Part shown: piece by piece, positions 28,831 through 38,008 of the stretch | Layout of the letters: each line of letters begins with the position of its first letter | How positions within the stretch are numbered: the first letter of the stretch is position 1 | NCBI GenBank assembly: GCA_963703245.1 | Contig: OY969803.1 | Span: forward strand, 59,903 to 123,902 | DNA from: an uncultured bacterium | Lineage (GTDB): Bacteria > Patescibacteriota > Minisyncoccia > Minisyncoccales > CAVTZN01 | Length of the DNA: 64,000 nt | Direction: 5' to 3' | The notes under the pieces: generated by a model | Database searches by the model: none | Told to the model about the DNA's origin: nothing | What the model saw: only the letters and a program-made list of their open reading frames with translations | Program-made: the position numbers and the translations under genes

Positions 28831-29373
28831 TTAGCGATGATATGTTTTTAAAAGGCTTGGCTTTCTGAAATACTCGCATTTTCGTAATTTGCGTCCTTGA
28901 ATAATAAATTTTTTACAAACTCCCCACAGGCATATTCCTTCAACTTTTTCTCCTGGTGGCGGTAACCAGCGTCGCCGGCCCTTAGTAAGAGCTAATATCT
29001 GAATAACTCTAAAAGTATCTTCTTTTCTTACGCAATGCGAACAATGACAGCAGTCTTTGGTAATATTTTTGCTATCCCAATCATTTCTGTGCCATGACCA
29101 ATCCGTTGAAATCTCAATTTCTTTACCTAAAGCGTTTTTAACCATTATCTTTCCAGGCATATTACTCATTTTCTGCCTTATTTTTCTATTTTTTTTCCTT
29201 CCTCTGCTAAAAGATGGAAGTGGCGCGTCGCATTCAGTAACAGGGCCCTGACAAGCAAAACATCCGTCCGCCTCTCCATCAGTATTAGAAACACAAGTAT
29301 TCAATAATCTACAGTCGGCGCAAAGACATTCTCGGCCGTGGTATTCTGGATGAGAAGGATTATCACATTTCAT
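28831..29373 (-). CDS. orphan Cys/His-rich 180-aa protein (probable metal-binding N-terminal domain, very basic middle)
   Basis: MKCDNPSHPEYHGRECLCADCRLLNTCVSNTDGEADGCFACQGPVTECD, then RGRKKNRKIRQK, then CCHCSHC. SD AGGAGAAAG upstream of the ATG. Confidence 0.6.
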   Translation of the reverse strand: MKCDNPSHPEYHGRECLCADCRLLNTCVSNTDGEADGCFACQGPVTECDAPLPSFSRGRKKNRKIRQKMSNMPGKIMVKNALGKEIEISTDWSWHRNDWDSKNITKDCCHCSHCVRKEDTFRVIQILALTKGRRRWLPPPGEKVEGICLWGVCKKFIIQGRKLRKCEYFRKPSLLKTYHR

Positions 29374-29464
29374 TTACTTCTTTCTCCTTTCTTTTATTAA
29401 AAAATAAAAGGGCTAATTTTTATTAATGATACGATAATTTAAACTATCACAATTTTGGATAAAA

Positions 29465-29493
29465 AATCAAGCCTCACTTAATGGGGCTTGATT
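29465..29493 (-). terminator. rho-independent terminator after the IR-bounded cassette
   Basis: AATCAAGCC-(11 nt)-GGCTTGATT. On the minus strand it is followed by TTTTTATCC. Confidence 0.6.
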
Positions 29494-29567
29494 TAAAATA
29501 AAATTTTTATAATGGAACGGGCGGCTACGTTGCTTCTTTAGACCGATCTCCTTGGTTATAAAGTTTA

Positions 29568-29602
29568 TTAATAATAGCGCGTCGTCCAATCTATGTTGTA
29601 GG
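29568..29602. repeat. left copy of the ~35-bp inverted repeat
   Basis: TTAATAATAGCGCGTCGTCCAATCTATGTTGTAGG. Its reverse complement matches 31029-31064 except for a 2-nt mismatch and a 1-nt indel. Confidence 0.9.
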
Positions 29603-30292
29603 ACTGTAATACTTGGGATTCCAATACCATAGATTGCCCCTCTTGTATAGAAAACCGGGGTATATTTTATTTTCTCTATAAAGGTCCGGAACAAAAATTT
29701 TGATTATTTTTTCCACACACTCATTATAATCATTTTTTTCTTCATAATTCATATCCGTTAGGGCCTTAATGGCTTCTTGCGCTATTAAATAGGATTTTGT
29801 TTTTTGTCTTTTACATTTTTGTTCAAAGAATTTAAGTTGTGACTTATATTCCGGACAAAATTCGCAAAAAGTATAGAAATTAACTAAATTATTTATTATT
29901 TCTTCATCAGGAAGATTTATTATATTATCTTTTCCCCTGAACCAGTCTTTGTTTATAGGGTTAAATTTATAATCATATTTTATTGTTTTATGAGCGACGT
30001 AATCTTCTGGAAAATTTTTAAATGGATTAGTTATTTTATGGAAACTGGGATTACTACAAAGAATTAAAGAATACTCATTAATAAAAAATTTTTCTAAGTG
30101 AATAAGCTCATGTAAAATATGCACTTTGTTTATAGAATTGCAATGTAAAATCTTAGGCAATTGTGCCTTATCGTGCCAATCGGGCCAATTAATACAGGCG
30201 CCAACGGTGTTATTTTCTTGTATTATTACTTGATTTCCTGTTGTTTCTTGGATTAATTTAATTTTTTCTTCTATTATTTCTTCTATTTCCAT
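29591..30292 (-). CDS. HExxH-motif protein (putative zinc metallopeptidase), orphan
   Basis: 233-aa ORF with the motif KVHILHELIHLEKF. Its last four codons and stop lie inside the left inverted repeat. Confidence 0.55.
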   Translation of the reverse strand: MEIEEIIEEKIKLIQETTGNQVIIQENNTVGACINWPDWHDKAQLPKILHCNSINKVHILHELIHLEKFFINEYSLILCSNPSFHKITNPFKNFPEDYVAHKTIKYDYKFNPINKDWFRGKDNIINLPDEEIINNLVNFYTFCEFCPEYKSQLKFFEQKCKRQKTKSYLIAQEAIKALTDMNYEEKNDYNECVEKIIKIFVPDLYRENKIYPGFLYKRGNLWYWNPKYYSPTT

Positions 30293-30320
30293 ATCATTAT
30301 TGCGGTATATCCTCTTTTAT

Positions 30321-30956
30321 TTATTTTTCCCCAAAATACTTCAAATAAGCTTCCCAAAAAAACCTTAAATATTCTTGAAATTTTATTCTAATATCTCCCA
30401 AATATTGAATTTCCGTTCTATCTTTATTCCTATGTTTCAAGCCACTTAAGGAAGCAAATGCTTCGGAATTTTGTTCTATTAAGTTAAACCAGTGTGCCTC
30501 GTGAATAAATTCATTTCTCATATCATATAGTATTTCCCAAAATTCTAATTGGACAGGGATTTTGGTCAAAGATCTCGCTGTTATTGCTTCATTTAATGCC
30601 TTAATATTATGTGTTGAAAAATATTTTATGAAATCTTTTATTCTCTCCCTTGGTGATTCTGTCTCTTTATTAAGGTATTCTATTATAGAAAGAGTTATCT
30701 GATACATAAAACCATCTATGTTTACAATCCTTTCTTTGTCGGGAATTCTATAAAGATCGTGAGTATAATAAAAGAAAATTGTATAAAGGAAGTCTTCAAA
30801 TTGATCTTTAGAAGTTTGCTCTAAAAAAACAAAATATTCATTTTCATCACTAAAATACCCCTTTAAGTATTCCCAGCCCCTTTCTAATATTTTTGGGATT
30901 CTGCTTTCAAATGTGCCCTTATTGGTTTTTTCTAATAAAATTTTGGGAACGATCAT
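30321..30956 (-). CDS. HEPN-like protein (Rx4H motif), orphan
   Basis: 211-aa all-helical-looking protein. LYDMRNEFIHEAHW contains R-N-x3-H, as in HEPN RNase families (Abi/Apea/RiboL-PSP type). Confidence 0.5.
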   Translation of the reverse strand: MIVPKILLEKTNKGTFESRIPKILERGWEYLKGYFSDENEYFVFLEQTSKDQFEDFLYTIFFYYTHDLYRIPDKERIVNIDGFMYQITLSIIEYLNKETESPRERIKDFIKYFSTHNIKALNEAITARSLTKIPVQLEFWEILYDMRNEFIHEAHWFNLIEQNSEAFASLSGLKHRNKDRTEIQYLGDIRIKFQEYLRFFWEAYLKYFGEK

Positions 30957-31028
30957 CTTTTATTATTTTAATAGACTAATTTCCTATTTTTTAGATTAGT
31001 CCTTTTCAGAAAAATGGCAAGGCGAACG

Positions 31029-31064
31029 CCTTACAACATAGATTGATCGACGCGCTATTATTAA
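31029..31064. repeat. right copy of the ~35-bp inverted repeat
   Basis: CCTTACAACATAGATTGATCGACGCGCTATTATTAA. Immediately preceded by the palindrome AAGGCGAACGCCTT. Confidence 0.9.
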
Positions 31065-31066
31065 TC

Positions 31067-31090
31067 AAAAAGCCCAATTATGGGCTTTTT
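31067..31090. terminator. terminator AAAAAGCCCA-ATTA-TGGGCTTTTT after 31119..31820
   Basis: Perfect GC-cored hairpin with A/T runs on both sides. Confidence 0.65.
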
Positions 31091-31118
31091 GCTTTTCTTA
31101 AAGATTTACTTTTAAAAG

Positions 31119-31820
31119 TTAAAATCCTGTGAAAGTTTTTATTTTTTGGACGGGGACGGAAAGGATTTTTCCGTCTGAAGAAAGATAGTTTAGGCCGACG
31201 ACTTCTCCGTCGATATTAAATAAAGTTGTTCCCGGCGCGAATTTTCCTTCGGAAATGTTTGTTTCAATCAGATTCGCGTCAAAATTCTTAATAATACCTT
31301 CGTTTGTGAATTTTATAAACTTATCAACGCTGAATTTTTCGCCGAGTAAAAATACTCTGTCCCCCATTTTTATTTTTGTTTGGTCGGCGAAACTACAGAC
31401 AGACAAATTCCCTTTTTCAATTTTCAGCAAAGCTAAATTGTTTTGAGTGTCCCTTTTCAAAATTTTTGCGGGTAAAGTTTCCCCCTCGTAGAAAACTACG
31501 GCGTTTTGCGAAACAGTATTGGATAAAGTTAAAATCAAGCCGTCGTTGGTAATAATCAATCCTGAGCCGTTAAAAAGGTTTTTTACTCCGCTTTTCGAGC
31601 CAATTCCGACAACTGATTTTTCAACTTTTTCAATTGCCTGGGTCAAGGCAGTATTCTCCTGAATGCGAACTTCTTCTTTTTGGATAACTTGAGTTGGCGT
31701 TTCTTGTTTTTTCCCAAAAAGCGGTTTTTCGGCAAAATAGGGAGCTGTAATTTGAGCAGCCAAAATTCCGCCGATGGCACCCGCTACTAAAACTGCTAAA
31801 AATTTTAAAAGTGTTTTCAT
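31119..31820 (-). CDS. membrane-anchored trypsin-fold (HtrA-like) protein lacking the catalytic triad
   Basis: GSGLIITNDGLILTLSNTV aligns with GSGFIISEDGMILTNKHVV in the true HtrA at 36284 (His to Asn). NNLALLKI aligns with QDIAIIKI (Asp to Asn). EGKFAPGTTLF aligns with AGNSGGPLLN (Ser to Ala). No PDZ domain. Confidence 0.65.
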   Translation of the reverse strand: MKTLLKFLAVLVAGAIGGILAAQITAPYFAEKPLFGKKQETPTQVIQKEEVRIQENTALTQAIEKVEKSVVGIGSKSGVKNLFNGSGLIITNDGLILTLSNTVSQNAVVFYEGETLPAKILKRDTQNNLALLKIEKGNLSVCSFADQTKIKMGDRVFLLGEKFSVDKFIKFTNEGIIKNFDANLIETNISEGKFAPGTTLFNIDGEVVGLNYLSSDGKILSVPVQKIKTFTGF

Positions 31821-31824
31821 AAGA

Positions 31825-34536
31825 TTATTTTGTTAATGTTTTTTCTAATTTTCTTATTTTTGTCGCCTTTACTAAATTTGCCGGCAACTGAAAAATAATT
31901 TTGTCTTCTTCGGCATCAACTAAAACCCTTTCTCCCTCTTTGATTTCGCCCGACACAATCTTTTTTGCCAAAGGATCTAAAATCAATTGCTGAATTACTC
32001 TTTTTAAAGGCCTTGCTCCCAAATTTTGGTCGAAACCTTTTTCAGCCAGCAATTCTTTTGATTTTTCGGAAAATTTCATTTCGATTCTTTTTTCTTCCAG
32101 CCGTTTTATCACTCTTTCCAGCTGAAGATCGACAATTTCTTTAATTTCTTTTTTGCCAAGATAGTTGAAAATAACAATTTCATCAACCCGGTTTAAAAAT
32201 TCTGGACGGAAATTTTCCTCTAAAGACTCCATTACTTTTTCTTTTAAAGATTCTTTTTGGGAAAGAGCTTCTTCTTTCGTCACAAAACCCAAAGTTCCCA
32301 TTTTCGCAATGTATTCAGAGCCAATATTTGAAGTCATAATCAAAATCGCGTTTTTAAAAGAAGCTACTCTGCCTTTGGCATCGGTTAATCTGCCATCTTC
32401 TAAAATCTGAAGTAAAATATTAAAGACATCTGGATGAGCTTTTTCAATTTCATCAAGCAGAATAACACTGTAAGGCCTTCTGCGAATCTTTTCAGTTAAT
32501 TGGCCTCCTTCGTCATAGCCGACATAGCCTGGCGGACTTCCTATCATTTTTGAAACTGTGTGCTTTTCCATATATTCTGACATATCAAGACGAATCATAG
32601 AGTTTTCGTCATTAAATAAAAATTCAGCGAGCGCCCGCGCCATTTCAGTTTTCCCCACGCCGGTCGGACCCAAAAACATAAAAGAACCCAAAGGCCGATT
32701 TTCTTCTGAAATTCCAGCCCGCGACCTTCGAATGGCGTTGGAAACCGCGTCAACCGCTTCTCTCTGGCCAATCACTTTTTTCCCCAAAATTTCCTCCATT
32801 CTGTCCAATTTTTTCGCTTCTTCTTCAATTAATCTGGTTACGGGAATTCCTGTCCAGCGGGAAACGACTCTGGCAATATCTTCTTCGGTCACTTCTTCTT
32901 TCAAAATCCGGTGGTTTTTTTGGACCCTGACTAATTCTTTTTCAGCTGCTTTCAATTCTTTCAAAAGAGTTGGGATTTCGCCGTATTTTATTTCCGCCAC
33001 TTTCTGAAGATTTGCTTCTCTTTGAAAAATAAGGGATTGGGCGGTTAATTCTTCTATTTTTTTTCTAAGATTTTTAATTTTAAAAATCGCCTCTTTTTCA
33101 GATTTCCATTGGGCTTCAATAACACCAGACTCTTCTTTTAAATCAGCTAAAGATCTCGCAATCGCCTTTAATCTTTTCAATGAATCTTTATCTTTTTCTT
33201 TTTTCAAAGCTTCTCTTTCTGTTTCTAATTTAAGAATCTCTTGTTTGTATCTATCAAGATCTGTTGGCTCTGATTCGATTTCCAGCCTCAAAGCTGAAGT
33301 TGCTTCGTCCATTAAGTCAACTGCTTTGTCCGGCAAGAATCTGTCGGAAATGTAGCGCGAAGCTAATTCGGCAGCTGCGACTAAGGCAGAATCTTTTATT
33401 TTTACTCCGTGATGAACTTCGTATTTCTCTTTTATTCCGCGCAAAATAGCAATTGTGTCTTCAATTGAGGGTTCTTGAACATAAATCGGCTGGAATCTTC
33501 TTTCCAAAGCTGGATCTCTTTCAATATATTTTTGATATTCTTTCAAGGTTGTTGCGCCGATCGCCCGGAGCTCGCCTCGAGACAAAGCTGGCTTTAATAA
33601 ATTAGAGGCGTCAATCGCTCCCTCGGCAGCTCCAGCGCCAACTAAAGTGTGAAGTTCATCAATAAATAAAATATAATGACCGGCTACTCGATTGATTTCT
33701 CGAAGCAAGGCTTTTACCCTATCTTCGAATTCGCCACGATATTTAGTTCCGGCAACTAAAGCTCCTAAATCTAGAGCAATAATTTCTTTGTCTTTTAAGC
33801 TTTCGGGCACTTCGCCTTTTATAATTTTTTGGGCTAATCCTTCGATAATTGCTGTTTTTCCTACGCCAGCTTCTCCAATTAAAACCGGATTATTTTTTGT
33901 CCTTCGAGATAAAACCTGCATTAACCTTCGGATTTCATTTTCCCGGCCAATTACCGGATCTAATTTTCCCTGACTGGCCAAGTGGGTCAGATTTCTTGCG
34001 TATTTTTCAATCACCTGATATTTTGTTTCTGGTTCGGGATCGGTAATTCTTTGGCCGCCGCGAATTTGAGCTAAGTTTTTCAGAAAAGTTTCGTAATTAA
34101 GTTTTTCCAAAGACAAACCCGTTTTCCCCGGCTGGATTAAAGATAAACTATCTAAAATATCCTTTGCCCGAGAAGGAGTATCGATTATCGCTAAAAATAA
34201 ATGCTCAACGGAAACAAATTCGTCTCCCATTTTCAAAGCTTCTTTTGCGGCCCTATCGAGAACTCTCGCCATATCCTGAGTTAGATAAAACTGGCCGAAA
34301 GCAGGACCGCCGGTAATCGTTGGAATGTTAGTTAATTCTTTTTGGACTTTTTCTTTCAGTTTTTCAATATCAATTCCCATTTTCTTTAAAATAGTTAAAA
34401 GCACGCTTTCTTCTTGAGACATTAGCGCAAATAAAAGATGTAAGGCGTCAATCTGCTGCTGACCCCTTTCCTGGGCTAGAGATTGAGCCGTCATTATCGC
34501 ATCTTGGGCTTTGTGTGTAAATTGGCCTCCATTCAT
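31825..34536 (-). CDS. clpB: ATP-dependent chaperone/disaggregase ClpB
   Basis: 903-aa ORF with two AAA+ modules ([21 protein letters not shown]) and a long coiled-coil middle domain. Confidence 0.95.
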   Translation of the reverse strand: MNGGQFTHKAQDAIMTAQSLAQERGQQQIDALHLLFALMSQEESVLLTILKKMGIDIEKLKEKVQKELTNIPTITGGPAFGQFYLTQDMARVLDRAAKEALKMGDEFVSVEHLFLAIIDTPSRAKDILDSLSLIQPGKTGLSLEKLNYETFLKNLAQIRGGQRITDPEPETKYQVIEKYARNLTHLASQGKLDPVIGRENEIRRLMQVLSRRTKNNPVLIGEAGVGKTAIIEGLAQKIIKGEVPESLKDKEIIALDLGALVAGTKYRGEFEDRVKALLREINRVAGHYILFIDELHTLVGAGAAEGAIDASNLLKPALSRGELRAIGATTLKEYQKYIERDPALERRFQPIYVQEPSIEDTIAILRGIKEKYEVHHGVKIKDSALVAAAELASRYISDRFLPDKAVDLMDEATSALRLEIESEPTDLDRYKQEILKLETEREALKKEKDKDSLKRLKAIARSLADLKEESGVIEAQWKSEKEAIFKIKNLRKKIEELTAQSLIFQREANLQKVAEIKYGEIPTLLKELKAAEKELVRVQKNHRILKEEVTEEDIARVVSRWTGIPVTRLIEEEAKKLDRMEEILGKKVIGQREAVDAVSNAIRRSRAGISEENRPLGSFMFLGPTGVGKTEMARALAEFLFNDENSMIRLDMSEYMEKHTVSKMIGSPPGYVGYDEGGQLTEKIRRRPYSVILLDEIEKAHPDVFNILLQILEDGRLTDAKGRVASFKNAILIMTSNIGSEYIAKMGTLGFVTKEEALSQKESLKEKVMESLEENFRPEFLNRVDEIVIFNYLGKKEIKEIVDLQLERVIKRLEEKRIEMKFSEKSKELLAEKGFDQNLGARPLKRVIQQLILDPLAKKIVSGEIKEGERVLVDAEEDKIIFQLPANLVKATKIRKLEKTLTK

Positions 34537-34568
34537 ATATTTTATTGTACCAAAATTTTCATTAAAAA

Positions 34569-34593
34569 ATCAAGTCCCGAAAAGGGACTTGAT
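34569..34593 (-). terminator. rho-independent terminator after the PKD-domain gene
   Basis: ATCAAGTCCC-GAAAA-GGGACTTGAT. On the minus strand it is followed by a T-run. Confidence 0.65.
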
Positions 34594-34614
34594 AATTTTT
34601 ATATTAATCTATCT

Positions 34615-36153
34615 CTACCACGGCACAATCTCCTGCCAGACAGGAGCGAAGATGCCGACGTTAATGGTTTTAGTGATAGAGCAGGAGTTGTTATTAGCGT
34701 CCCAGACAGTCAGGTTGACTAGTTTGATGCCTTCTGAGGTGAAGATGGCGATCGGGTTTTTCTTTGAAGGGTTGGTGGTGACGTAGGTTTGAAGGATTGG
34801 CGTCTTGGAAGGTCCAGGACCATTTGGCAATATTTGTGGCTCCTGTTGAATCGTCAGCAAACAGGGTTGATTGGTTTTTGGCTGGTCTTGGGGGATTGGC
34901 GGTAAAGGCAGGGGTGGGATATTCATTGGGTGGAGTATTAAGGGTTTGGGAGGAGGTTATCCAGCTTGAGCTCAGGCCTGCTGGATCCCAGACCTTTACT
35001 CTCCAGTAATATGTGTTGTTGAATTGCAGTCCTGAGCCTGTGGCTGGGATGGAATATGCTGGGATATCGTTTGATACTTTTCCTGAGTCAAAGGTTATGG
35101 TTGTGAAGCTTGAATTGGGAGAGACTTGGACTTGTTTTGCTCCTTGGGTGTCATTGTCTGGGTCTGAGAAGGTCCAGTTCATTCTGAATTGGAAGGGATT
35201 GGCGCACCAGTCGCAGTCGTCTCTGTAAAGGTTTGTGGCTGTGGGAGGTCGGTTGCAGGGTTTAATACAATAACCAACTACAGATGTGGGCATCTGGCAC
35301 ATACATAGAATTGCGAGATTTGATCCACCAGTGACGTACTGGTTACAATCATAGCCGGCGTATGGAGCATATGTATAAGGAGGAATGCTGTAGGGCTTAT
35401 TAGGACATTGACCATTTACACAAGTACCTCCTTGACTAGAACACCAGGTATGGCAGCTATTTCCGCTAATCCTATAGCAAAGATAGCTGTATTGTGTGGT
35501 TGTACAGCTTCCGTATGAACAATATCCTGTGGGAATAGATAGACTGTAGGTTGTTCCTGAAGGACAGCTACATCCAGAAGTGCCACCTCCTCCACCTGTA
35601 CCGCCCGTACCGCCACCCCAGAGTTTGATATAGTTATCCCTGTAGTTACAAGACCATTTGAGGTGCTTACGGTAACGACGGCATGATTGCCGCTTAAAGC
35701 ATCAACTGATATTATTTGTCCGGTTACCGGACCATTTGGAGTATTGACTGTAATGCTTTGACCAACTTGGGGAGCGCTTTGAGTAATTGCCGTAGCTTCA
35801 ACGTGCGTGGCTTCCTCCTCCTATTGAAAATGATATTGAGCCTTGTCCCGGACCAGTCATTGTGTATGTGTTGATGGAGACCCCGCTGGCACTGTTGTTA
35901 CGCTAACGTAACCGACTGCTTGGCCGTAAGCATTGTTTATAGCACTAACAACGGTGTTTACACCACTGACTACGGCCTGAACAGCGGCAGCAATAGCATT
36001 GCTTATACCACTGCTAGAACTAGTAGCAGAAGCACTTGTATCTCCGCTGCTCCCTCCGCCGGTAGCCAAAACCATTGCAGCGGGAGAAAAAAGTATGATT
36101 AAAGAGGTGAAAGCAACAGAGAAAATAACTAAAAGAAAGGTTATTTTTTTCAT
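34615..36153 (-). pseudogene. secreted Cys-rich / FN3-like / PKD-domain protein broken by about four frameshifts
   Basis: Signal peptide MKKITFLLVIFSVAFTSLIILFSPAAMVLA (ORF 35857..36153). Shifting frames gives TMTGPGQGSISFSIGGG, then EATHVEATAITQSAPQVGQSITVNTPNGPVTGQ, then GGTGGTGGGGGTSGCSCPSGTTYS... running into ORF 34694..35302 (WTFSDPDNDTQGAKQVQV...YYWRVKVWD). The last piece is the PKD-like end in ORF 34615..34926 (IAIFTSEGIKLVNLTVWDANNNSCSITKTINV). Confidence 0.65.
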
Positions 36154-36234
36154 AGTTTTAAAAATTGAATTTCATCCTAATTCCATTATATCAAAAAGAG
36201 CTGTCAAGTAAATATATGGGGAAAATATTTAAAG

Positions 36235-36259
36235 AAATCGGAGGCGAAACCTCCGATTT
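36235..36259 (-). terminator. rho-independent terminator after htrA
   Basis: AAATCGGAGG-CGAAA-CCTCCGATTT with flanking T-run. Confidence 0.65.
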
Positions 36260-36283
36260 TTGATTTATTAATTAAAACAATCT

Positions 36284-37615
36284 CTACTCTTTCCTTTCGC
36301 CGAGGGTGAGCTGAAAAAACTTTTCATCTTTGCCTCGAAGCACTTTTAAAGTAATTTTGTCTCCAGGATTGTATTTTGAAATAATTTTAGCTAAGGAATT
36401 ATCAATAGTGATTTTTTCGGCATTAAATTCCAAAATTATGTCATCTCGTTGAAGCCCAATACTTTCAGCAGGAGAACCACTCAAAAGCACTTCTTTGGAA
36501 GGATCACCATTTTTATCCCTTCCGACCCAGGCACCGTAATCAACCGCCAAATTATATTTTTCTTTAAGCTCGGGCGTAATCAAAGTGTAATAGATTCCTA
36601 AGAATGGATAGCTAATTTTCCCTTGGTTTTTAACCTGTTCAATATCTTTTTTCGCCAAATTTATAGGAAGGGCAAAGCCAATATTTTGAGCTCCTTGCAC
36701 TGTTGCTGTATTAATTCCAATAACTTCTCCTTTTAGATTTAAAAGAGGCCCTCCAGAATTTCCTGCATTGATTGCTGCGTCTGTTTGAATAACATCTTCT
36801 AATGTTTCTACTAAATCTCCGCCCGAAGCAGTAATTGTTCTACCTAGACCAGAAATTACTCCGACTGAAACAGTGTTTCTAAATTCTCCTAAAGCATTTC
36901 CAATAGCAATAATAGTTTGACCAATTTGTAAATTTGAGGAATCTCCAAACTTAACGGACCGGAAAGAACCCGCTACTGCATTATCTATCTTTATTATGGC
37001 AATATCTTGGGCCGGATCTAATGCTAAAACTTTGGCTGGATATTTTTTCCCCTCATTGGTTAAAACAGTATATTCAGCCGTCTGGTCTGAAACAACGTGT
37101 TTGTTAGTCAGTATCATTCCATCTTCAGAAATAATAAATCCTGAACCGCCGCCGACTTCCTGCTGCTGGGTTCCTTTTTGACGAATCTGAGGAATTTCAA
37201 TATTAAATGGCGAACCTTCTCCAAAAGGATTAACAAAATATTGTTCGTATACTGGCAGATTTTTAGTAATGATAATACTTACGACCGACGGCGACACATC
37301 TTTCACTACTTTAATTACCGCTTCCTCCTGGCTGGTTTGGGGGACATATTCTTTTTCGACAACCCTTTCCTTTTCAATAATTTGGGACTGGTTAGAAATT
37401 ATCGGTAATTCAATTCTTATTTTTGAGAAAAAATCTCTTATTTGGTTATAATAATAGCCACTCGAAGCAGTTCCGGCCGCAAAACCAAAAAGAGCAGCAA
37501 TTATTATAAAACAAACCACAAGGAAAGTTTTATTCTTCCAAAATTTTGGAATATTAATTTTTGGTAAAGATATTTTCATAGTTTTGTTTTTTAATTCTTT
37601 AATAATTATGACCAA
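36284..37615 (-). CDS. htrA: serine protease HtrA/DegP family (S1C) with PDZ domain
   Basis: GSGFIISEDGMILTNKHVV, DIAIIKI and GNSGGPLLN form an intact triad. N-terminal TM. C-terminal PDZ-like segment. Confidence 0.9.
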   Translation of the reverse strand: MVIIIKELKNKTMKISLPKINIPKFWKNKTFLVVCFIIIAALFGFAAGTASSGYYYNQIRDFFSKIRIELPIISNQSQIIEKERVVEKEYVPQTSQEEAVIKVVKDVSPSVVSIIITKNLPVYEQYFVNPFGEGSPFNIEIPQIRQKGTQQQEVGGGSGFIISEDGMILTNKHVVSDQTAEYTVLTNEGKKYPAKVLALDPAQDIAIIKIDNAVAGSFRSVKFGDSSNLQIGQTIIAIGNALGEFRNTVSVGVISGLGRTITASGGDLVETLEDVIQTDAAINAGNSGGPLLNLKGEVIGINTATVQGAQNIGFALPINLAKKDIEQVKNQGKISYPFLGIYYTLITPELKEKYNLAVDYGAWVGRDKNGDPSKEVLLSGSPAESIGLQRDDIILEFNAEKITIDNSLAKIISKYNPGDKITLKVLRGKDEKFFQLTLGERKE

Positions 37616-37617
37616 TA

Positions 37618-37998
37618 TTAAATTTTAATATTCTGTTTATAGTTGTCAATAGCTGATTTCAAAGCCTGGTTAGCTAAAACTGAACAATGAACTTTAATTG
37701 GAGGCAATTCGCCAAGCTCTTTTATAATATCTTTAAAATCTATTTTTAGGGCCTCTTTTATAGTTTTATCTTTTACTATCTCGCAAATCATATCCGAAGA
37801 AGCAATAGCAGCGGCACAACCCGTGGTATGAAATTTTATATCTTTGATTTTTTGATTTTTGGGATCAACTTTTATATAAAGCTCCATTAAATCCCCACAC
37901 AAAGGATTACCTGCCTTGCCGACGCCGTCAGCGTTTTTAATTTTTCCGAAAAACTTTGGGTTAGAAAAATGTTTTAAAACTTTTTTAGAATAAATCAT
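37618..37998 (-). CDS. iscU: Fe-S cluster scaffold protein (IscU/NifU-like)
   Basis: GNPLCGDLMELYIKV, FHTTGCAAAIASSDM and VHCSVLA motifs. Confidence 0.85.
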   Translation of the reverse strand: MIYSKKVLKHFSNPKFFGKIKNADGVGKAGNPLCGDLMELYIKVDPKNQKIKDIKFHTTGCAAAIASSDMICEIVKDKTIKEALKIDFKDIIKELGELPPIKVHCSVLANQALKSAIDNYKQNIKI

Positions 37999-38008
37999 AT
38001 ATTTTGAA

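Larger units (their letters stand above)
29568..31064. mobile_element. candidate non-autonomous, IR-bounded two-gene cassette (mobile, invertible or excisable; mechanism unknown)
   Basis: Inverted repeats bracket exactly two genes. Those genes lack the strong SDs of neighbouring genes. There is no transposase or recombinase inside. The outermost TTAA is present on both ends. Confidence 0.3.

Noticed and set aside
29467-29694. A 75-aa ORF spanning the left inverted repeat and the terminator hairpin.
   Set aside because: It overlaps the 3' end of the HExxH gene in another frame and runs through a terminator stem. It has no SD and no motif, so it is likely spurious.
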